Shown piece after piece: positions 28,667 to 44,500 of a DNA stretch of 64,000 nt (positions are counted from its first letter, which is position 1; every line of letters begins with the position of its first letter). The notes under the pieces are model-generated. The model did not search any database, was not told the DNA's origin, and worked only from the letters and a program-made list of their open reading frames with translations. The stretch is from Lama guanicoe (Eukaryota), in contig MU053881.1 of the NCBI GenBank assembly GCA_013239625.1, forward strand, positions 8,579,957 through 8,643,956, given 5' to 3'. Made by a program: the position numbers and the translations under genes.

Positions 28667-30206
28667 AATGCTGTGTACCTAAAACATATATAATAACAAC
28701 AACAACAAAAAATAGGAATCAACCCACTGTAAAAGGTGGAACTTATTTGAATTCTGATTCAAACAAATAAAGTACTACTATTTTGTGATAATCAAAAGGC
28801 AACCGAAATATTGAACCATGACTGGCTATTTCATAATAAGAAATCATTGTGTTTTCTTTGTTGTGACAATGATGCTGTTATGCTTTTAAAGTATTTTTTT
28901 TAGAGATACATTCTGATGTATATTACGAATGAAATAAGGTGATGTCTAGGACTTCCTTCAGAAAAAATATGGGAGGCAGGGGAGTGGATAAAGTTTTGGA
29001 AGAAACAAGATTCAACAAGATGTGCTGATAATGGTAGAAGCTGGAGCACATGGGGGTGCATTACAACATCTAGCCTACTTTTTGATGTTGGCTAACATTT
29101 TGATAGTAACTAAAGCCTGGTATAATATTTTAAAAATTAGCCACTGTTTATACCGAAGGCACTAGTTACTCCAGTAACCTACTGCTATCTTTCAGTTACT
29201 AACTCCACTCACTGATGAAGCAGAGCCCCAGGGCCATGTTCTAGAGCACGGGTAACCTGCTAAGTGTGTGACTTTAGGCAACTTACTTACCCCCTCCCCC
29301 TGTCCCATCTGCACAATGGGAGTCACGAGAGTGCCTATTTGATAGAGTTATTGAGAGCTTACCCAAGACAGAGGATTTAGCACAGTGCTCTCCACCAAGG
29401 GAGTGCTGATAAACGCTGGCTGCCGATTACAGTGACCATGTCTGAGCTGGCTGGTTTCTTATTCTGGGAGCTTATTACAGTTCTCGAGAACCACAAGCTT
29501 ATTGGTTAAGAAAATACAGGATTCTGGATTTTAATTAATCCCAGGCAGCTTTCTGCAAGCAGGAGACTATACCGGGTAGGGCGATACCACTCCACACAGT
29601 TCACAAGTCTGCCCAGACTGGCAGCCGCAGGACCCTCCTCTTACAGGGGTGGTCCACAAGCCGGGAGTCACGTGCCTCCCTCGGAGGCAAAGCCTGACAC
29701 ACGGCACGTCCTTTCCGACCCACGCTGCGCTGCAGTCCCTGGTTCTCACGGGGCGCTCCGTGCCACCTGCAGGCGCTCTCCCCGATCTCAAATAGTTCCC
29801 CTGTCCGCTGCATTCCAGCCATGCCAGCCTACCTTTGTCCTTCAAGAAACACCTCGCTCTTCTCTCTCTCTGCCAGGAAAAGGATGCCCTCTGCCTGACT
29901 TTCACATGGCCCCTTTTCCTTCAAGCCTCTGTTTAAACGTCACCAGCTGAGGAGCCTCCCCGGAACGCTCGCTCACAGGTGCCCCGCCTCCCCAGTACGT
30001 ATCACTTGATTTTATTTTCGTATTAGCACTTAACACTGCTTGGTATTTTCTTGTCCAGTCTGTATTATCTCGATCCTCCACTAGAACAGAAGGTCCGCGG
30101 AAGAGGACTCTACCTACCTCATGGACCACTCCGTCCCTATCTACTAGACTAGTGCTTGGCATATGCTAGGAACTCCATAAACACCAGCTGACTTAATGCT
30201 TGATTA

Positions 30207-30707
<501 letters not shown>

Positions 30708-31096
30708 CTACGCTATGGAGCGAAGGGGCTGAGGTTATGATTTCTGGATTAATAATTATTCTTGGTCACTGTTTCGTGTTCCTTTTTAAAAATCACGCTG
30801 TTGGCAAAGATGCAAATAAGAACAGCAGGATTTATTGCTAGTTGCATGCGAGGAGGCCACCAGAGGCTGCAATCATATGAACCTGCAACTTCCACTGACA
30901 ATTGGTATAAAGCAACAGGCAGGCAACAATGTAATATGCCCTCTGTCCTAACACCGATGTAGATCATTAAAGCTCCTCTTATCCTGTATTTCTGTGACTA
31001 ACAGGAACAAAAAGCGATTTGCAGGTGGGTTGCACACACGCATATTGTTTTTATTCTATTAAAAGCGCCCGGGACTGCCAAAGTCTTGAACAACTA

Positions 31097-32041
<945 letters not shown>

Positions 32042-32165
32042 GCTGCAAAGCTTGTAGCATCGTGCTAGGCTAATGGAAGTGTTCAAATAAATAGTGTGGT
32101 TACAATGTCTCCATGCTAGGACACAGGGAGCGGCTCAGGACAGCTTCCTTTTCATCCGCCTGTGT

Positions 32166-32340
32166 ATTTTTTTTTTTTTTGAGAAACAGTTGACATGTAA
32201 CATATTAGTTTCAGGTATATGACATAATAATTTGATATTTGTATATATTGTGAATGAGCACAAGTCCATTCATCACCACGTGGTTATAATTTTTTTTTTC
32301 TTGTGATGAAAACTTTTAAGATATACTGTCTTAGCACCTT
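32166..32340 (-). mobile_element. L1 3'-end fragment
   Basis: Poly(T) followed by reverse-complement L1 3' UTR motifs (ttagtttcaggt, cttgtgatgaaaacttttaagat). Confidence 0.7.
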
Positions 32341-32429
32341 TTCTTTTTTTAGTGGCACAACTGGAAATCAGGGTCCATCTGATTCCAGGCTGCCTGCTCT
32401 TTGCGTCTTCATTTTAAATTAAGGAAAAA

Positions 32430-32545
32430 TTTCTTTTTAGGGGGGAGGTAATTATGTTTGTTCATTTTTTAATGGAGGTCCTGGGGAGTGAACCCAGGAT
32501 CTCATGCATGCTAAGCACGTGCTCCTCCACGGAGCGATACCCTAC
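32430..32545 (-). mobile_element. tRNA-derived SINE (camelid vic-1-like)
   Basis: Reverse complement reads gggtatcgctccgtggaggagcacgtgcttagcatgcatgagatcctgggttcactccccagg... Homologous to the copy at 50069. Confidence 0.8.
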
Positions 32546-32951
32546 TCCAACATTAGCTTCTAAGAACAAACAAGGGCCACGGTAGCTCTGCACGGTACAC
32601 CTTCAAAGTCCTAAAGCTTTAAAATAATTAGATTTGTCCAAGGAAATGTAAGTGTGAGATACCGGAAATCTAGTGAATAGAGAATTTGATGTGAATCATC
32701 AGATGCCTTCTTTGAATTTCAGAGGTTTGGAAATAAAAGGATAGGGTTTCTGTAGGCTGGTACTTTTTGAAACTACCTGCAAGGCTACCTTAGAACATCA
32801 GGAAATAAGGCCAGATTCTTTACCAGAGAAAGGCAAGAATCGCAGTACGTGGTACGTTTATGCTTTTCCAGACTCCAATTTTTTAGAAAAGGTGTTGCCA
32901 TCAGATTTACAGCACAGTTTTCTCTTTCATTTGGAATAGAATGCAATAATA

Positions 32952-32956
32952 GTGTG

Positions 32957-33003
<47 letters not shown>
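32952..33003 (+). repeat. (TG)n microsatellite
   Basis: Seen directly. Confidence 0.97.
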
Positions 33004-33005
<2 letters not shown>

Positions 33006-33703
33006 AGGCCAGGGCGGATGAGTGTTTTCCCTTTCCCATGGCTTTCTCTTCTTCTTTTTATCTTTTTCTTTAGATTTCAACTCCATGTCCGACAGATGAA
33101 GGAAAGGAGTGAGCTTTCATCTTGGTGGGGGCGGGACAGGTGCGCATTTCCAATCAGCAGATAACAGGGAAAGGCTGCCTCCTTCACACAGCAGGGTGAT
33201 GGCTAAATGTATTTAATTAGACTTCTCTGATTACACCCCACCTCCCTCAAAACAGGAGGGGAAACAACACAACTCCCAAAGCCACAGATGAAAGCAAAAG
33301 GGGTTCACCACAGGACACTGTGTCATGTAGATTCCTGTCACCCTGCACTGCCTTTGATTTAAAGCAGGAGTGAGGGTCCAAGAGCTGGTTTCCCTTCTGG
33401 AATCCGCCCCCACCCCCACCTTACCCCCAACACACGGGCACACAGAGGAAAGCATTTACCTGCCAGGGGAAAAGCATGGCTGGCGGCAGCCCCGGGTAGG
33501 TTGGCTGTTCTCGTTATTTCCCGTTCTTGATGCCATACCAAAAAGCAGAAATATCTTTGGGGGGATCCTCCCTAGAGGTCTGGCCTGGTGGGTCTCCCCC
33601 CAGTCTACAAGGGGGGAGCCACGTGGTTCCAAGCCAACGGCACCATCTGTCTCTCGGTCTGTACCCTCAGTCCCGAGTAGGTGGAGCCCCACAAAGCTAC
33701 TTA

Positions 33704-33946
<243 letters not shown>

Positions 33947-36900
33947 TCATCTGGTCCCTAAGGCCAGGAGAAGACTTCCTAACATGAACTTCTGGCTTCA
34001 TTCGATCACAGCTCACAGAGGGGTGTGGGCAAGAGGGATGTTTCAGTGCCTGCTTTGCCCCAGGAGCAGACCAGGGTGAAGTCCACAGGCAGCATCTTCA
34101 TTCGGCTGGGCAGTGGGGTCCCCTGTGCACATCCCCTCTGGCCTTGGCCTCACCCCATTTCTTGACATCACTTGACTTTCGTTTGGCCCTAGTCTCAGGC
34201 TAGGCTGCACCACTCCTGTTTGTGCCTTACTTAGCCTGGCGCAGAGAGCATTATCCTCGGGTGAGAGCTTCCCCATCTGGCTACTCATTTCCTTTTTTGG
34301 CTTTGGAGGAAGGCAATGTTACTTTTCTCCTCCAGGCTGGGATGTCAGAGGGAGTGGAGGGGAGCACATAGAAATTTTTTATGAAGCTGGGATATATACA
34401 TGCATTGTTTTTTTGGTTGCCCTTTAAGAGCAAAATTTCTCACAATCCATGACAGCCTGAGGGGAAGAGAATATTGGAGATTGTTTTTCCTGGTAAAAAT
34501 ATCTTGGATGCTGGATTCCATGTAACTGTACATTTCTCTTCTATCAAGTTCCTGCTATTAGGATTCAGGACAGGGGAAGGGAGAGGTGGTTGAAATCCCA
34601 CTCAACTTTTTTTGGTGAGAGAAAGCTCCCTTCTCTCCAGATCACAGTCATCAGAACTTCCCCAAAGATGCCAGGATTCAACCAGCTCCTTCTGGAAAAC
34701 CCCAGAAAGCAACAGAGATGCCACAACATTCTGTCCAAAATCCATGGAGCGAGAATGCGCGCGTCTTCTCTCACCTGAATTCTCTCGACTTCATGGAGAA
34801 ATGGGCTGATGAGAAGTTCCCTTTTAGCACTGAGCCTCCAGCCCACCAGGCCGGTCTGCAGCTGTATGGTTGGCCTTCAAACCACCAGGCAATTGGGCAA
34901 AGGCAGAGAGGTGCCCAGGCGTCCAGGTTCCTGGACGCACGCCCAATATCTGGACTAGGTAATAAAGCTGACCCGCTCTTTGCCAGAATCTTGTCCAGGG
35001 CCGCTCAGTGTTTGGAATGCACTTGCGTCCACAGTCCCAGGTGACCCGGAAGCTGGAGGGAGGCTCTCTCCAAGCACCTCTTTTTATTAGCCGTACCCCC
35101 AGCTCTTCAACTCCAACTCTGATGATCTCAGGGGGGTTTAGACGGTTCCGCTGACAGCTCTAATTGTCTGCTACTTTCTGACTGCCTACCGAATGAGTTC
35201 CATTTTTAGCTGGTTCCAACCACAATGCTAGAGTCTTTTGAACGTGGAAAACTAATTTACGAAAATAATTCTTTTGTTCAGTTCCGTTACCTTATCTTAG
35301 CGCAGACTAAGATTTCTCTCAGGCCTTCCCAGACACTATTTTAAAAACCAGTGATGTGTGTTGGTGACCACAAGGTACAAACTGCTTATGATGAGAAAAC
35401 AAAATTGGGAGAACATTCCACAGTGGAGTTCCCCCCACCCCAACTCCTTATTTATATGACTGTTACTTCTCTTAAATCATTCCTGTAGCGTGAGATTTTG
35501 CGGAGTACCATGGGAATAAGAAGAGGTGGGTTGCCCATGATTGCTACCCTCTATTTTTCTAATTCTTCGTCGCTACTGGCTTCCTATCGTCTCTAGGCAG
35601 TCAATTCGTCGAAAAGATTCAGCCAAGACACGCTATCAGTTCACTTCTATTTATGATTACTGATGTGTAACAATTATCACATTATCTAGATAGTGAGATC
35701 TGCTCTATAAATTACAGTGGTGGAATCAAGGCATTTTAGTTATTTTTGTATGCCATTATCTAGGGGGAAGCGCCTTCTTAGAAGTCTTGAATTAAGTTCT
35801 TTTTCACGCCTAGCTTTGTCCTTCTTTATTTGTCAGAGGATAATGCACTGAAATTTGCATGCTTGCTGAACTTCAGCCTGTGTCTTGGAGTAACATTGTG
35901 CATTTCTGAATTATAGACCCACGCCAACATGCTGGGACGTGGGCTCATCTGGGCGGTGCTATTGATTGCTACCTCTGAAGCTGCAGAAAAGCTTTCTCTG
36001 AAGCGAGTTTCTTTTGCCCAAATCGCTGGGGCTCTGTATAGTCCACCAAATATTCTGGAGTCCCCATCTACACCTTGGCTCGAGCTCCAGGTGCCTTCTG
36101 GAAGTGGTAACTAAGTGAGGAGGATACGATTGATTTTTTAAGGGACAGCTGAAGGAAAAATATGAAAAGAGACTATCGGGAGATTACTGGATTTAGGGTA
36201 GAAATAATGAAATGTTAACAGGAAGCTGATTGAAACAGAGCAGGAGACTTTGAAAGATGCATTTACAGTACAAGCAAACCATATGCCAACCTCACTGAAA
36301 CGCTTCTGAACTAATGCAAAGGCCAGGCATGGGACTCCAGCAATGGGAATTCTGTTCGTAATTCCAAGGAGGCATACCTACACAGAATGTCCCAGAACTA
36401 GGATTTGACAAGCAGAGAAAATATTTTTTTTTGGTCAGAGATCTGTGGTTTCTTTCATTTTTTTTTTTGAGGGTTACTTGTATTAAAAGCACATCACTGT
36501 ATGTAGTGTAATCTACACACATTAATCTAATTTTACCAATCAAGAAAATTAAGTTTCTGAGGTTAAATAACTTGCCGAATGTGACACAGCTAGAGACGGG
36601 AGGGGGAAAGTCAGGGCTGAAGTAGACAAAGGCTGAGATTATTTTTCTCTTTTCTGTTTTATTTTTAGTCAAAACCAGAACAGAAGAGAGGCTAAAGTTG
36701 CTGCCCCAAGGTGACCTTGTTAAGAACCCTCATAGTCAAAGAGCTGCCAGGAATTGGGGCTGCAAAGCTTCCCAGAGAGTTCTAAAGGGGCCAGAGAATT
36801 AATTGGCTGTCCCTCCCCATCCCACGCGTGCCAGGCTTCCCCAGGGAGGAGCGCAGTCTGAGTCGTGGCCTGACGATGTCTCCTCCCCAAAGTCTAACAA

Positions 36901-38180
36901 GGAGGGCGACCCAGACCATCACATATAAAGTTCAGGGCCCCTCTAAGAAGGGAAGTCTGGGATTTTCTTCGCCAGCTGGAAGCCTGTTTAAGCAGCGTAT
37001 TTCCTGAGATGCTTCTGGGACTGCCCAGACCTAAGTGAGGGTAAAGAGAACCAAGAGGAAGATGGCATGATGAGGGCCATCGGAGGGATAAGGGGGCTGG
37101 GACCACCCCACCCCAGGCCCTGGTTCCTAGGGTTTCGTGAAAGAGGACCCAACCAGCAGTTCGTATTTGTCCACAGGAAGGGGCACGGAGCTGGCGTGAG
37201 GCGCCCTCAAGAAGATCACACCTGTCATCCTCACATCTGCAGACACCACCGATCTGGGCCCAGACGGACCCAGAGCGAGATCAGAGATGCGTAGGCAGGC
37301 CTGAGGAAGACCCCTGCCCCTCCTCTCCTTCCCTCCACCCTCGGAGTCAAACAGCGCTTGGAAGACAGAAGGGGCTGGGAGTGGGGGCGGGTCCCAAAGC
37401 CAACTCTTCCCCGTGCTTTATTCTCCGGAGGGGGGGGTAGTTCTAACTTGTCCTGGGAGGAGGGGCAGAGCCAAGCTGACTACAAAATCAATCCAGCACC
37501 CGCCCCTGGGATATTCATAAGCCTCAAATTAGCTACTGACAGCAAGTGTAAACTCAAGAGACCCCCTCCGCCGCCCCCTACCCGTACACCCCGTTCGGGA
37601 GCGAGAGGGGAAATGCCTGGCACAAAGCAGGCAATTAGCAGATGCAGCTGGTGGTGGCTGTGAGGCTCAGAGACAACCTGCATTAAGTCTCTAGCACATC
37701 ATAGGTGCTCTCAGGAAACTCTCGCCGCTGGCATCACCTTGACCCCAAGACGTCACCAATGATAAGTTATGTTATCAAGTTAATAATCACTTCCAAAAGT
37801 ACTCTATGGAATGAATGAATGAATGTTTCCGCTGTGATCAAACAAAAGCCACAATCAGAGGTATTAAAAAGGCAGATTTAAAATTTAAAAAGTCGCAAAA
37901 TGAAAGATCATAAATATGATCTAGAAACCAGGCAATCAACAGGTGTCTCCAGCAGGTTCTGGGTGGCAGGTGGCCAAATCCCACAGAGGGACCAGGGCTC
38001 TGCCCTGAAGCTTGGCCCACAGAGAGGAAGGGGCCTTGTGTGAACCAGAACAGGGAGCTGCTCCCATGGGGGTAGTTTCCAGGCCAGCTGGGCCCACGGG
38101 AGAAGCAGGAGCATGTCCTCCTGCTCCGACAGGAAGGGAAGCAGTGGCCTCGGCCGCCTGCAGGGACAGAAGGGCGCCTA

Positions 38181-38687
<507 letters not shown>

Positions 38688-38995
38688 TTATTTGAGTGAC
38701 TGGTAATAAAAACAAACACTTTGCTTTTCAGCAGCATAGCACAAAAAATTACCCATAGCCAGATTTTGTTAAAGAGCAGGACCTTGTGGGGCCTTCCAGG
38801 GTCAGACCCCTCCCCCTGTCCCCTGCTGTAGCTCCTCTCTGCAGTACCCAGATAACAGTATTTCATGTATATTTCCTGAGTTTTTCAGATGCTAAAAGCC
38901 ACCACCAAAGGGAAGAAATTAACTACTTGATGATGGAGAGCACATGGCCCCTAGACCTTCACTGCTGATGCCCAGGGATCCACAGTCGACCGTCC

Positions 38996-39239
38996 TGTTA
39001 CCTCATCAACAGCCAGAGAATTGTGCACGGCTGATCACCGTACCCTGTGACCGCCCTCCCTTGTCTGGCCTTTAAATATGCTTTGCTGAAACCCTTCGGA
39101 GTTTGGGGTTTTATTGGGCATGAGCCACCCCGTCCTCCTTGCTCGGCCCTGCGATAAACCTCTCTCTGCTCCAAACTTCGATGTTTCAATTTGTGTGGCC
39201 TCATGGTGTGGCGGGTACATGAACCTGCCTTCGGTAACA
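38996..39239 (+). mobile_element. Short solo-LTR-like element (ERV)
   Basis: 7-bp terminal inverted repeats TGTTACC...GGTAACA, TATA-like ctttaaata and poly(A)-signal-like gataaacctctctctgctcc. No TSD is visible. Confidence 0.65.
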
Positions 39240-42200
39240 ATTTCAGGGGCCTGTGCTAAATGTGTGTGCAAGTCATCAAAATGCTTGGGGTTCCTGACAT
39301 CTTGATTTAATGGAGAAAAGCATCCCATCCCCCTCCTCCTAAGCAGGGAACGGGACTGCTGAGCAGTTGGAGAAGCAGAGGTGGTGAGTTTGACACCTTC
39401 CAGGAAACGTGGAAAAATGGCTTTGGCTTGAGCACCCAGAAACCAAGCTCTCAGTTCACTCAGTTGCTCCTGGTGCTACCTTCCAGCATACCTGCAGGAC
39501 TTCAAACATCCCGATTTACTTGCCTAGATTTCTGCCCCTCCATCCCTTTCCTGGGCTGATTCCTATCTGTTCATCTACCATTCAACAAGTATTTGAGTGC
39601 CATCCATGTTCTGGAAATAAAACAGGGAACAAAGAATGATAGTGTCTGTCCTTACGGGGCTGACAGTACAGTGAAGGAAACAGACAGGACTCATCCTTGA
39701 AGACCGGGGCTAGCTGTGGCCTCCTCCAGGAAGCTTTCCTGATGATGCCCCTGGCTGGGTGAGGTAACCACAGGTTCTCAGAGCACGGTTCTGCTTCAGA
39801 ATCCTATGGGGAGAATCAAGAGCCTACCCGAGACCTCCCCAGGGAGAGCCTCCAGGAGCCAGTCCCGGAATCTGCCTTTTCAACATGATTCTCAGGTGAC
39901 TCTAATGTACAAGAAATTTTAGAAACTGTTGTTAACGCCAACTTCCTTGTTCTAGAATTAATTATCTCTGTATGCTTGCCTTCCTGTCTGGAAAATGAGC
40001 TCTTTGAAAAGAAGAACAACGTCTTATTCATTTCTATATTCATGCCTCGCTTAGTGCCAACTATGGAATCAGGCACTCAACAAATGTTTGTTGAAAGAAT
40101 AAATGACTGCTTCCCATTGTTCACATGTCTGTTAGGGCTGAGGATGGGAATGTTTAGGGCAGTGTTGCTTCTTGGAACTATTAGAATGGGTTAGTTAACC
40201 AACCCTTATTCACTCTGCTGGGAATTGATCGAACACACAGTGGAGGAGCTCAGAGAATAACTTGCTTACAACTCTTCGATTTGATAGCGAGGTGTTTTGG
40301 GGCCATAATTAGCATCATAGAAACATGCTCTCAAACCCTGAGCTGTGACTTGACAAACACTTGAACTGGAACGCTGAATCAGAGGCCTGGCTGTGGGCTT
40401 TAAATTTACTACAATGTAATTTTTTGGCATTACCCCTTTCGTTTGGTTCCCCTAATGAAATTGAAATATGTAATTTCACCAAAGTTCCACTGTAATTTAG
40501 CAATTAATGTACAATGATTTTAATGCATTACTTTCTTTTTAGCAAACAAACAAATTAGGAGGTTGCATGTTCTGCTCGGCTCTAAATTACTAAAACTAGC
40601 CTCTCATTTTCCACATGGGCAAATGTTGCTCGTGTGCCTCGTAACACATTCAGATTTACAAAATTTCCTGGAAATGCAACACAGGAGGGTGAGCAGGCGT
40701 GCACACTTTAAATTTAGAGACTTTCAAAGTCAAGGCTCTGAACACCTCAGCCCACTGTGCTGGCTGAACCGGGTGCCCCCCAGAGCCCTGCACACCTCAC
40801 ACCAAGGAGACACTGCTGAAAAATCCTATCCCAGCAGCAGAATGATGCTCAGGTACCCTTTCAGATCCACATTCAGATCGTCCAGTGGCTCCCAGAGCCC
40901 TTGGCAGAATAAGAAGAAGAAAAGAATAGGGGGAAAAAGCGTGTTTTGCCTTTACCATCACCTGCCATGGACTGCCTTCACTAGACCCCACGGAATGCCT
41001 GCTCCGGATTTAAAAATACCCTGCTGAGATACGTTGGCTGTGCTTCATTCCGCCGCTGCGAAAACTTCTCAGGTGAGAAGAAACCCACTGTGATTAGCAC
41101 TATAGATTTCTTTAAGGCCACGGGCCTCTTCCCATTAGGACTTCCATCCATCTCTGGTGTCCTTTCCCTCCCAAAGCTGGGAACGTGCCCTCTCCTAACC
41201 CCAGCCCCTTACCACCCACTCCACAGAACGAGCTTGAAGGCCTCACATCCGGCTCAAATGATAACAAGATAGGTTTTCCCATTAAGCACTGAACATTTTC
41301 CTCCCCCGACCCTCTCTGGTCTGCCACTCGTTCTGGGCTTCTGACTACTTCAGAAGCGTGGACGTCAAATTTCCCCACTGTTTTGTTGACTCTGGGCTTG
41401 TCTGGCAGGGGACGTCCTATAAACACATCACCGATAGCAGATGGCAAATGCTAAAAAAAAAGGGGGTGGGAAGGGACAGAAATGATCTCCTCCTACATAT
41501 GTACATTTACCTGCTCCAGAGGTTGTGCGTTTAGGGCCCTGTCCGTTATTAAGTGTGGGCATACGTTACGCCTGTAATGACCTCATCATGTTTCGTGATT
41601 ACGGGCTGCAGCCGCTGAGCACTTGCGGGTGACACCGTGAACTTTAAATTGGCACTCCAATCTCCCAGTGGCCTGTCAGTCATGAGAATCGCATCTTTAT
41701 GCCAGCAAGCCCCTCGCATGGAGTCTGACATGGCAATCTTCAGTAAATTACCCTGCCACTGACAATCCAGCAGTTACCCGCAAACAATCAAGCAGGCAAT
41801 CAAACTGCTCTGAATTGCCAGTTCAGGACCTGAGAGGCTGCCCGCGTCTCCATTCAGCAGGGGCACCAAAGCGGCACAGCCCCTCTCTGACGCTGGCCGA
41901 TTTTTTTTTTTATTTATCCGCCTACTTATTTGTTTGTCTGCTCGGCTTCCTCCTTCCAGTGAGGGAGGCTTTTGCAGAGTCTTTGAGGAGAGGCCCATTC
42001 TGACTCAGCGGTTATGGGGAAGTGACCCAGGCCTTCCTGATCGGCTCGCAGCCCTGTCCTGCGTCTGCTTAAGGAATGTCCTCATTTACTTCACTCTGTG
42101 AGTGTGGGGCGGTGGGGGGGGGCACGGAGCATCCTCCAGGTGCTTGCTGGCAGAACGCACGCTACCTCACAGCCCTGGCTCTATTCCACACACATATGTC

Positions 42201-42839
42201 ATAGGCTAGTTGTAATGGCCGTTTCAGAGAAACAGGGACGCGGGGGAACTTTCTGGGAACAGTAGGTGGGGCATCCTTTGTATTGCTTTTGATAAAGAAA
42301 ATCAGAGAGAATTTTTCATAACAGTTCTGGCAATGTGAAGAAGCAGAAACCCATGAATGCTAAACTGAAGCCTTGGGATTGGAATTCCCAAGGTAAAAAA
42401 GCCAAAAAAAGCCAAAAAAAGCCAAAAGAATCCTTCTCAGCATCAGACGTAAGAGCCTGGCCTGGGGAATCAGATGGATTTGGGTTTGATGTTCATCCCC
42501 TCTAAGGCCCTGGCTGCGTGAGCTTAGAAAGACAATCAACTTTGCCGAAACTCAATTCCTTCGCCTTTAAAACTGCGTTACAACAGTACATATATCATAA
42601 ACTCTGGGTATTACTATAACCGGGAAGCCCCTGAAGTTTCCCACTTTTTCCATTTATGAAAACTGAACACAAAAACAAATGAAATTCATGTCGCTTATTG
42701 GAGTCATTCATTGGTCTGTGCTCTGGGTAGGTTGCAATTTGGCAAGAAACCTATGTTTTAAAATAGTGACAAGTTAATAATAATAGATAGTAGTAATAAA
42801 TGCTACAGATTGTACAGGATTTCTATCTATTCTTGATTC

Positions 42840-43200
42840 AGATCCTTATGGCAACCCTACCAAGCAGTTAGAGAACCCTGGAGCTGCAGACTCTGGACGG
42901 GGGTGTCTGGCTTTGAATTTCAGATCAGCCACTACCCATCTGCTGACCTGGGCAATTAACTGCTCTGTGCCTCAGCTTCCTCATGTACACAATGGAGGGG
43001 GTAACGTTAGGAAGTGTCACTGGGAGGGTTATAACAATTACTACACATACAGCACCTGGAACAGCGCCTGGCGCAGCAAGTACTCAGTACACTGTGCATT
43101 AGCCCCACTGTCACGGTATCACCCATCCTACAGAGGTGGAAACTGAGGCTCAGAGAAGCTGAGGAACTTATCCAAGTGGCTAAGCTGCAGCTTTGGAGAG
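42840..43200. mobile_element. Adjacent MIR SINE relics (other MIR relics near 5100-5220, 5630-5750, 29200-29420, 36500-36630, 45650-45870, 48380-48520, 49500-49690, 51540-51715, 62900-63050)
   Basis: MIR core motifs ctctgtgcctcag(t)ttcctcat and gaaactgaggctcagaga. Confidence 0.7.
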
Positions 43201-44289
43201 AAAGCAGGAAGAGGCAACCAATGAGATCATCACCCTTCATCGTCCTCATTATCGGAAGGAGGAGATATTTCCCAAAGGGAGCCTGAAGACAGGGCAGCGG
43301 ACACTCATCACGCCAGTGAAGTGTGAGTGGCCACGAGAGTCAATCACTTCTGAGGCCCTGTCTACTCCTACAGCTGGGAAGGAATCTGGCTGGCTGAAAG
43401 GAACATTTGAAAAAGGAAAGCAACACGAGAAACAAGATGCCTGGGAATTCACGCCCTGCCATGCAGGCTGCTGAGGACCACGCTATTTACCTGTGAGACT
43501 CGAACTGCCTTGCAGCTGTTTACCACTGGCACGAGGTGGTATGTCTATGCGTCAGCTGTTTCCAGCCCCTGCCTAGGTCGCCCTGCAGGACTTTTTAAGG
43601 AGCTCCTCAACAGTCAAGAGACTGAACCTCAAAGCCTTGACTGAACACTTACTAGGAAAGCTACGCTCACGCGGAAGGGAGCCCCGGGTAAACCGAGAGG
43701 CTCCGGAGAAGCCACAGTAAACAGCTGGTATTTCCGAGTTGGCTGAAACACGTACATCTTTCCTGTCTCGGGAAGGCTGCCTGAGTCCTTGCATCACTCC
43801 TACAGGGAAGGGAAGGGCTCCAGGAATGAGAGGAGGTTTATTTCATTTATTCCCCCTTTGATTTTGTAAACCGGCAGCTCTGGGAGAATCCGGACGGAAG
43901 CATTTTGGCCCACTTCTGGTGTCTTTTGTTCCCTGCGGCTTGGTATGTAAGTGACTCCCCCTACAACCTATGTGAACTCTCCGGCTTTCTTGGGTATTAA
44001 AGGCTTCAGAGGAAGATCCAGATTCACTTTTCTCCGTTTTATTTTGTGACACGGTGGCACAAATCGACTCCAACAATTCACTTCAGGTGCCACGGACAGC
44101 TCTGCTGGTCCTGCACGCAGCACCGGGCTGGGAACTGGGCAGCAGCTCCGATGTGCAAAACGAGCCCCACTCTTTCCAGATCACCAACCACCCAGCTACC
44201 TTCCCCATTCACTGGGCCAACAGGCCACGGAGTGGGTTGGCTGAAACATGCGCTTTGAGGAGCACATACTGTTTCATTATAGGATGCTC

Positions 44290-44500
44290 AAGAACAGGCA
44301 AAGGTAATCAATTATGGTAGACAGTTAAAAATCACAGTCACCTTTATAGGAAGGCATTGGTGGGGAAAGAATATAGGGGAACTTTCCGGGTGCTGGGAAT
44401 TTTCTAGATCATCACCTTCTTCACTTGGCTACACAGCTGAATATGTCCATAAAAATTCACCAAGGTGTGTAGTTAAGATTATGCAGCTTTATGTATTTGC
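44290..44500 (+). mobile_element. Old L1ME-like 3' fragment
   Basis: ggcaaa..taatc.atggt, ggaactttc.gggtgctgg.aat and aaaattcac..ag.tgt motifs. Confidence 0.5.

Noticed and set aside
42393..42427. (AAAAAAAGCC)x3 repeat, and similarly the (GAT)n-like run at about 44570-44625
   Set aside because: Ordinary slippage repeats with no sign of function.
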